Virus record (IMG/VR): IMGVR_UViG_3300028920_000062
Span: 14,982 to 78,981 of that record
DNA: 64,000 nucleotides
Strand: one strand, 5' to 3'
Source: a virus
This document shows positions 58,701 to 64,000 of the stretch, in pieces. The notes under the pieces are model-generated. The model saw only the letters and a program-made list of their open reading frames with translations, ran no database searches and was not told the origin of the DNA. Each line of letters starts with the position of its first letter. The first letter of the stretch is position 1. Made by a program: the position numbers and the translations under genes.

Positions 58701-58896
58701 AACTATTACTGATAGGGAATACATGAATCAGCTAATGATTCCAAAGTCTGGACTACATGGTAAGAGCAGCTTTTATTTGGTAAACTACGAATATGTAAAG
58801 GAAACTCGCGAGGACATCCAGAGCCTACGTGACTATTTTACTCCAGTTATCAAAGATTATATGCTTAAGGTGCTAACCAAGGATAGGATACTGTAA
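55735..58896 (+). CDS. Baseplate protein, paralogue 2
   Basis: VLDNNPDTWFEYE..VNLGEP..VNRV, YAIGIRDIE, YSVSPDDGQTW, C-terminal FTPVIKDYML. Confidence 0.55.
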   Translation: MPANKYLLSDKSKLLRTKLDRLSQKLQGSLQSDELRTKEEYLFEAIKVLRGFYKTLSEPQTEIPNPKVDSYADFDDYDEVWNQVLNDLLIVFSELENIETLTISNFNFAITEANRLTTRLKAVSSKLGDYILYSLNANKDALFFKDSFNDLSKVDIGTSLLNEKECEVNQDEGIVTLPLNRDVDPTVLITATPIINPNSNGANGNNQEVGASYNGNINVVLDNNPDTWFEYERVTTTVSDTTEELVLDVTVNLGEPTIVNRVRVNPNNFGTKTIIQIDAIDTSLDGRVYTSIKDDIPIAGFTTEDEENIFTLAPSTSKYAGQGIYSFTPRKVKYIHFTFRQPEPYIITTPAGERLRYAIGIRDIEILGLNYLDIGELVSVPFETTEEIRRIILQANQNPSELSDLVAIDYSVSPDDGQTWYDIRPKELEGIGGLVGVPEILEFNGASTDTIETSVPVKSLRLKMKLSRDDEKFLEGSSYATKHVDTRTEVHNIPAGSPFQFTLERPPVDGSVVVVDPLYGSRGLSGFPYIVGHAYDRMDLQTYRLPLKLLPRPVEKAFDGTKYYLRSVPVDEWMHVEVGGEEWTHATDALSTYSSSDKVYSFNPNNGTLRFGNGTTGKKPAENAPIAVWFEDERIFPSVTENSHVAKLEFPTSSNKNDFDIIRYGQETQHTQKLRRKATVVQLDHDNISDYSELSESAFLDSGDRQDFLNGYEELTASGHWSIDPDNGLLYMFTPTPDNQDVTVSYRYVPRYTLQESEWDWAKSDMLRDSVAIKESAWQTLPMDFEEVFLASGVNVFDLSKMHLVQGSISIELTDSGDAVDSDLTPFLKEVPFVDGSTELGTSVTKTTEGLEDHDGSGLKVYSLSESVTSNEDYVVAFSNSGLFQAVDTTPNNEGEYYVNRATGQVLVFSNIAQKAGTVTYYYDNPSYNDNGLFSIDYENGRIFTQRSILSAGWRLLVSYQYTDYRARYKIARLLDPDDYVVDITNSTVTITDREYMNQLMIPKSGLHGKSSFYLVNYEYVKETREDIQSLRDYFTPVIKDYMLKVLTKDRIL

Positions 58897-61127
58897 TGGC
58901 AATTGAGGCGACCTACAGGACTCTGTTGACAGAAGATTATTTGAAATCGGAGCTACAGAAAGGAATTGCTGTATCTGCTCTAGACCTCCAGGAGCAAGCG
59001 AATACTTTGCTTGAGACTCTGGATCTTTCTGTTCCACAGTTTACTGCCGAGGACTACTATGTAAGCCTCCGAGAGAATGCCTCTGTCTCTAAGTTTATCA
59101 ATACTTTCACAGAGATAAGACAGGATCTTAGAGCCTTGTATAACGAAATGCTAACGCTCACCAGGGTGTCTATGGACGCTTATGAGCGCTGGGCTATTGA
59201 GGCCGAGTTTATTGAGAAGAAGCTTGTTGACCTCGAGGACAGAATTGAGAACCTGCTCATTCTGACTCAAGATACAGAGGGCTATTTTAGCTTTGTGAAT
59301 GACAACTTCTCTGACTTGGAGAAGGTAGACCTGGATCTTTCGACCATTCGTCTCAACTTGGATACGGGTATGGTCACCATGAAGCCTGCTAGCCTGGCTA
59401 CTAATCGAATTTTTCTCAATGATATCGACCGCAAAAGAGATGTATCCTTCAAAGTGCGCACCACTACTGACTTCATTCTGCGTCGGGATCTCCCTGATAC
59501 TCAGGTGGCAGATCTCTTCCATCAGACCTCTAAGGTGTGGTGGACAATTATCCAGATGAAGAAGGTTCGTCCTGTTACCTGTGAGCTCACGGTGAGGCTG
59601 AGCTCTGACGATCCAGTTGATGTTTCAAGGATTGATATTCATCTGCATGACTCATCTCAGTCTAGCCCAATACAGATTACTCCTCTGTATTCAACTGACA
59701 ATGTCAACTTTACACAACTTCCTACCAACACCTTCACTCAAGAGGTTCGTAGCTCTGCTACGTTCTCGTTCTCTACGGTACAAGCTAATTGGGTGAAGTT
59801 CCTTCTGACCAAGAAGGGTCCTGACCCAACTCTGTCTAGGAACTCTTTTGATTACCAGTTCGGTTTTAAGGCCATCGAGTTCTATGATGAGGGCTTTACG
59901 GTTGGGGATGCTCAGTCTCTAATCTCCAAGCCTTTATATGTTCTTAAGGATGATGGAACGCCCCTAGAATTTGAGAAGCTGGTCCTGACTGCATGTGAGC
60001 GTGTAGAGGAAAACACCAATATTCGTTACTATGTGACAACTGGAGATGATCCGGATCTTCCTGTTGATGACGACACTATCTGGGTCCCAATTTCTCCCGA
60101 TACTCGCGAGAGTCCACTGTTTCCAGTGGTCCTAGCTGTAGGAGATACAGAGTTGAGGGAATATGGAGACGATGAAATCTGCAAAGTCTCCTATGATAGC
60201 AGTGCTTCAGAGCCCTACATTAGCCCAGCACAGAGTTTTCAGCTGTTGGAGGATGATGGGTCAGGGGGTATCGATGATACGGCCACCACGGCTAACGATA
60301 GGCGCTACACGTTTCTTAATAGCAATGATCGTATCCTCAATTATCAAGTCAAAGACAATATTAGTATTAATCCTGCTACCCTGCAGATCTTAAGGAACCT
60401 TGGAGAGCAGGCACTAACTGATATTCCTGGCAACAAGGTCAGAAATGTTTTGAGGGGCTGGGGTTTTGATGATCCGTGGTATTCCTGCGTTGTTGAGGTT
60501 CTTAATCCTGAGGGAATTGAAATGAATGTTGGAGACCAGGTGATCATCATTGACGACATCAGATATACTGGTTTAGTTAAAAAGACTGTCCTTACAGGGA
60601 AGACGTCTAAAACTACCGGAATTCACACAATAAAAGTGCATAAGAATAATTGGAAGTATGTGAATCAAGATCTATCTGGCGTCTCTCCCACTATAATGTT
60701 GGATACTATTAAGGCTCGAGACCCTCTATACCCCTACAATCATAAGCTTTTGGTTGAGGGCTTTAGCTATCCGTCCAACTATCCAGATACAGACGAGAAG
60801 GTTTATGCTGGGGCTGACCTCTTCGCCGAGAAGGTCATGCGTCAGGTGAGTATTTTTGACCTCACAAACAACGCTCAGGTTGATGACTACCAAAGGTTTG
60901 CTCTGGACTATGATGCTCCAGATGCTCATACGGGTGGTAATGATCCCACCACAGTATTCGTAGTCAAGGTAGACGAAAGTAATCCAGATTTCCAGAACGA
61001 GCGATTCGTGATAAGATTCACGTTAGTGAATCAGCTAAGGAAATATCTCAGGTTCCGAGCTGATCTCTCTACAACTGACGCAACAGTCTCTCCCGGACTA
61101 GATTCTTACCGTATCAAGCTTGGCTAG
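58896..61127 (+). CDS. Baseplate protein, paralogue 3
   Basis: KFINTF.EIRQDL..LY, YSTDNVNF, YQFGFKAIEF, C-terminal LRFRADLST..VSPGLDSYRIK. Confidence 0.55.
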   Translation: MAIEATYRTLLTEDYLKSELQKGIAVSALDLQEQANTLLETLDLSVPQFTAEDYYVSLRENASVSKFINTFTEIRQDLRALYNEMLTLTRVSMDAYERWAIEAEFIEKKLVDLEDRIENLLILTQDTEGYFSFVNDNFSDLEKVDLDLSTIRLNLDTGMVTMKPASLATNRIFLNDIDRKRDVSFKVRTTTDFILRRDLPDTQVADLFHQTSKVWWTIIQMKKVRPVTCELTVRLSSDDPVDVSRIDIHLHDSSQSSPIQITPLYSTDNVNFTQLPTNTFTQEVRSSATFSFSTVQANWVKFLLTKKGPDPTLSRNSFDYQFGFKAIEFYDEGFTVGDAQSLISKPLYVLKDDGTPLEFEKLVLTACERVEENTNIRYYVTTGDDPDLPVDDDTIWVPISPDTRESPLFPVVLAVGDTELREYGDDEICKVSYDSSASEPYISPAQSFQLLEDDGSGGIDDTATTANDRRYTFLNSNDRILNYQVKDNISINPATLQILRNLGEQALTDIPGNKVRNVLRGWGFDDPWYSCVVEVLNPEGIEMNVGDQVIIIDDIRYTGLVKKTVLTGKTSKTTGIHTIKVHKNNWKYVNQDLSGVSPTIMLDTIKARDPLYPYNHKLLVEGFSYPSNYPDTDEKVYAGADLFAEKVMRQVSIFDLTNNAQVDDYQRFALDYDAPDAHTGGNDPTTVFVVKVDESNPDFQNERFVIRFTLVNQLRKYLRFRADLSTTDATVSPGLDSYRIKLG

Positions 61128-61137
61128 GAGGAGTTAA

Positions 61138-64000
61138 GTGGCTGACAGAATTGAGGAAGTTCAAGTTCTACTTCAAAAGAGGAACATCAGAAGTCATGGA
61201 CCTATGGCTTCCAACCAAATCAACAGTATGCAGGCAGAGCTTGTCCATGACCTGGCTGCAATTAGTGACCAATGGAATAACCGTTTGACTCCCCTTACAG
61301 AAGGTCTTCCTGACGGATCAGATGATTCCAGTGTCGATGCATTTTTGTATGGGCTTGATGGTAAACATATGTATGTGGACCAACGTGCCACGCTCACCCT
61401 TAATAGCTCATATTTTAACTCCTCAGCTAATCGCCCGAATACTCTTTCTGAGCAATTCGGGGATATCTACGCTAGCCTATCTACTATTCGAGAAGATCTA
61501 GAATCAGAGATTGCAGCTCTAACAGGACAGGCTTCTCAAATATCTATTGAGGACAATGGAAATCTATATTCTTCGGCTAATGTAGAGAATGCCCTGCAGG
61601 AGGTTATGACTGCAGTTAACAGCATTTCGGTTAGTGGTTTAACCCCTGACCTTTCTGCTGTAAACGAACACTATATCCCTGCCTTGGACAATACATACGA
61701 TATTGGCTCTGCGACTTATCGCATGAGGGACGTTTATGTAGGTCCAGGCAGTTTTACTATGGTTGCTAAGAGCTCTCTAGGCGAGGCCCCTTCTGATAAG
61801 ACCTTTGCTTTCGAGGTTGATAGCTCTACAGGCAAGATGCAGATTCTTGACAGCACATCTGTGATGCTTGAGATGCAATCTACAGAGATTGTAGCTCGTC
61901 AGACATTTAAGGTTAATGCCATTGAAGATGGACCTGCAAGTAATGACATTACCTTTAGTCCTACAGGCCAGGTTAAGGTCTCTGGAGCAGATCTAGTTGT
62001 CGAACATGATGGATCTAGCGGTACTTTTGTAACTGCAAGAATGACTACTGCTGAGCGAAATGCCCTAACTCCTCAGGCCGGTATGTTTATCTATAATGAG
62101 ACTACTGGTGGCTTTGAGGGTTATGCAGGAGGTTCTTGGGGTGAGGTAGGCGGCGGCGGTACTGCTGGCGGATCTGACGGACAGATCCAATACAACGACG
62201 GAAGTAGTTTCGGTGGTGCAAGTGAGTTCGTCTACGATGATGTCAACAACAGTGTTGGTATCGGTCAACCTGCATCATCTACGTGGAAACTCAATGTTGG
62301 AGGAAGTCTGCGGCTCGTCAGTGATGGACCAACAAGTATTCAGACGGTAGGATATGTCTCGGGGTCCCCAGATTTAGCGTATCAGCTCTGGGCCTCTAGA
62401 GGAACTGAAGCAATTCCAGCTAATGTGCAGCTCAATGACAAGTTGGGCAGCTTCATTGTTCATGGTCGGTCTGAGGGCTTTTGGCCATTCTCTGAAATTG
62501 CCGTTGAGGTTGATAAAACACCATCGGGCGGCTACGCAGCTCAGCGTATGGTGTTTCTGACTGCCCCTGATAACAACACCGATCCTGTAGAGGCGATGCG
62601 GATTGACTCAAATCAGTCAGTAGGCATCGGGTTCACGCCTTCGGCAACTGTACGACTCGGTGTTCAGAAGGATTCCGATGGGCAAATTTACTGTTTTGTT
62701 GGTCGGAATGCGAGTGCCGGTACTTCGGCTTCAACACGCCTACAGGTGGACAACGGCACCGGCAACGTCAGTATCATTCAGCAGGGCGTGAATGGCTCAG
62801 GCACCACAGGAGGCGTGAGCAACGCTGGCATTGGTGACATCATTGGTCAGGCGAATACAGGACTACGTATTCGCACCACCACTTCCGTTCCACTTTACCT
62901 CATGACCAACGATACGTTGGCGATGACCATCGACGCCAGCCAGATTGTCAGGTGTCAGAATGCTCTGACAGCGGGTGGGACAATTACTGCCATTGAAGGT
63001 AACCTCAATGCCTACAGGTCGGGGTCTGGGAACAGTGTAGTTCACACATGGAGTACCTTTTCGAGCACAGCAACCAAATGCACTGAAGTCTGGTTCAGGC
63101 GAAGTCGCTCGGACACCGCGAACACCTGGGTCGCGACTCAAACAGGTGATCGCATTGCTCAATTTCAATTCATTGGTGCTCGTACCGGCGGCGGGGTAGA
63201 GGCGGCGGCGCTTCGAGTTGAGCAAACTGCTGCGTCCACTTCTGAAGTCGCTCCCTCAGACTTTGTTTTTCTGACTTCCAATACCGGCGACACAATCCCG
63301 CAAGAACGTATGCGGCTTGCCCGCGATGGCAAGCTCATCTTGCAAGATGCGCTGACGTTGGCAAGTACAACCGATACGACTGCTGGGAACGTTCGTTGGA
63401 ATGGCTCGAACTTCCAGGGGTACACTGGTTCTGCTTGGGTCAACCTTGACACGCAAGGCGGCACCCCTGCCGGCTCTGACACGCAGATTCAGTTCAACGA
63501 TGGCGGGAGTAGTTTCGGTGCGAGTTCTAACTTTGTCTACAATACAACCACGAAAAGCGTTTCGATTGGTGGCGTAGGCAATGCCTACAGGTTGTCAATT
63601 GACAACCGCAATGATCCCACCTCGACCCTTGGAGCTGTGCTCCACCTTGTGTCCAACGACGACACCTATGCGTATGTCGTTGCCTACAGCGGGTCAGGTC
63701 CAGGTTCCCACACAACTAAAGGTGGGCACATTCGATTTTGGTCTGCGCGCGGGGACAGCGCCACACCGGCCGATGTCAGTGCAGGGGATCGACTCTGCTA
63801 CTTGGAGTGCGGACAACGAGGGTTTGGTGGTAATACGTATTACACTCCATTCGCTGAGGTGTACGCCGACAACGGCTCTCGTAGTAATCGTCTCGTTTTC
63901 AATACCCTCGATGTCAACGGGGCTGTCCAGGAAGCGATGCGGATCACCTTCCAGCAGAAGGTGTTGATTGGTACTACGACACCTCCTTCCGACGCCCTCA
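61138..64000 (+). CDS. Long tail fibre protein, 3' truncated (absent from the ORF track)
   Basis: GTG at 61138 after GGAGGAG. My translation found no stop to the window end (MADRIEEVQVLLQKRNIRSHGP...). Fibre motifs NVENALQEV, PALDNTYDIGS, RMTTAERNALTP.AG, GSD.QIQ(Y/F)ND x2 and EAMRI. Confidence 0.85.
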   Translation, partial: MADRIEEVQVLLQKRNIRSHGPMASNQINSMQAELVHDLAAISDQWNNRLTPLTEGLPDGSDDSSVDAFLYGLDGKHMYVDQRATLTLNSSYFNSSANRPNTLSEQFGDIYASLSTIREDLESEIAALTGQASQISIEDNGNLYSSANVENALQEVMTAVNSISVSGLTPDLSAVNEHYIPALDNTYDIGSATYRMRDVYVGPGSFTMVAKSSLGEAPSDKTFAFEVDSSTGKMQILDSTSVMLEMQSTEIVARQTFKVNAIEDGPASNDITFSPTGQVKVSGADLVVEHDGSSGTFVTARMTTAERNALTPQAGMFIYNETTGGFEGYAGGSWGEVGGGGTAGGSDGQIQYNDGSSFGGASEFVYDDVNNSVGIGQPASSTWKLNVGGSLRLVSDGPTSIQTVGYVSGSPDLAYQLWASRGTEAIPANVQLNDKLGSFIVHGRSEGFWPFSEIAVEVDKTPSGGYAAQRMVFLTAPDNNTDPVEAMRIDSNQSVGIGFTPSATVRLGVQKDSDGQIYCFVGRNASAGTSASTRLQVDNGTGNVSIIQQGVNGSGTTGGVSNAGIGDIIGQANTGLRIRTTTSVPLYLMTNDTLAMTIDASQIVRCQNALTAGGTITAIEGNLNAYRSGSGNSVVHTWSTFSSTATKCTEVWFRRSRSDTANTWVATQTGDRIAQFQFIGARTGGGVEAAALRVEQTAASTSEVAPSDFVFLTSNTGDTIPQERMRLARDGKLILQDALTLASTTDTTAGNVRWNGSNFQGYTGSAWVNLDTQGGTPAGSDTQIQFNDGGSSFGASSNFVYNTTTKSVSIGGVGNAYRLSIDNRNDPTSTLGAVLHLVSNDDTYAYVVAYSGSGPGSHTTKGGHIRFWSARGDSATPADVSAGDRLCYLECGQRGFGGNTYYTPFAEVYADNGSRSNRLVFNTLDVNGAVQEAMRITFQQKVLIGTTTPPSDAL

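Noticed and set aside
522-63967. Numerous short minus-strand and alternate-frame ORFs in the track
   Set aside because: They overlap long, RBS-supported + strand genes and show no recognisable motifs; they are shadow ORFs.
46632-64000. Diversity-generating retroelement acting on the fibre genes
   Set aside because: I saw no reverse transcriptase and no adenine-specific TR/VR repeat pair in the window. One elsewhere in the genome cannot be excluded.
1-64000. Stop-codon recoding of the structural genes
   Set aside because: All genes are intact under code 11, and TAG ends coincide with the next gene start. Only the absence of TGA is reported.
1-64000. Impression that CTAG and CTCGAG are frequent
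   Set aside because: It cannot be quantified by eye and needs k-mer observed/expected counts.

Overview
The window is one continuous, densely packed + strand morphogenesis operon of a large (probably jumbo) contractile-tailed dsDNA phage. It holds 40 complete genes, a partial gene at the left edge and an unlisted, truncated tail-fibre gene from 61138 to the right edge. Gene order: portal (fused to a MuF-like domain and small Cys domains), prohead protease/scaffold, capsid decoration, major capsid, a block of accessory head/fibre genes, neck genes, tail sheath, three tail-tube paralogues, two tail chaperone paralogues, two large tape-measure-position proteins, a 2007-aa baseplate hub with an M23 peptidase, spike, gp25-like and J-like wedge proteins, further baseplate proteins and fibres. 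The main finding is the 1532-aa protein at 28598-33196. It carries, in the correct order, motifs resembling both halves of a two-barrel RNA polymerase (HEKWFNDLK; RGKIAGSRF; ARHP; AADKDAD) between two hydrophobic segments, which suggests a tail-packaged virion RNA polymerase. Other points of interest: an apparent Asp-specific head-maturation signal ([ILV]-x-D) that may release cargo domains, no TGA stop codons, near-identical terminators after the capsid and tube genes, and GC-shifted fibre modules. I saw no tRNA, rRNA, CRISPR array, integrase, transposase, intron or intein. All product calls come from motif recognition and synteny; no database search was run.
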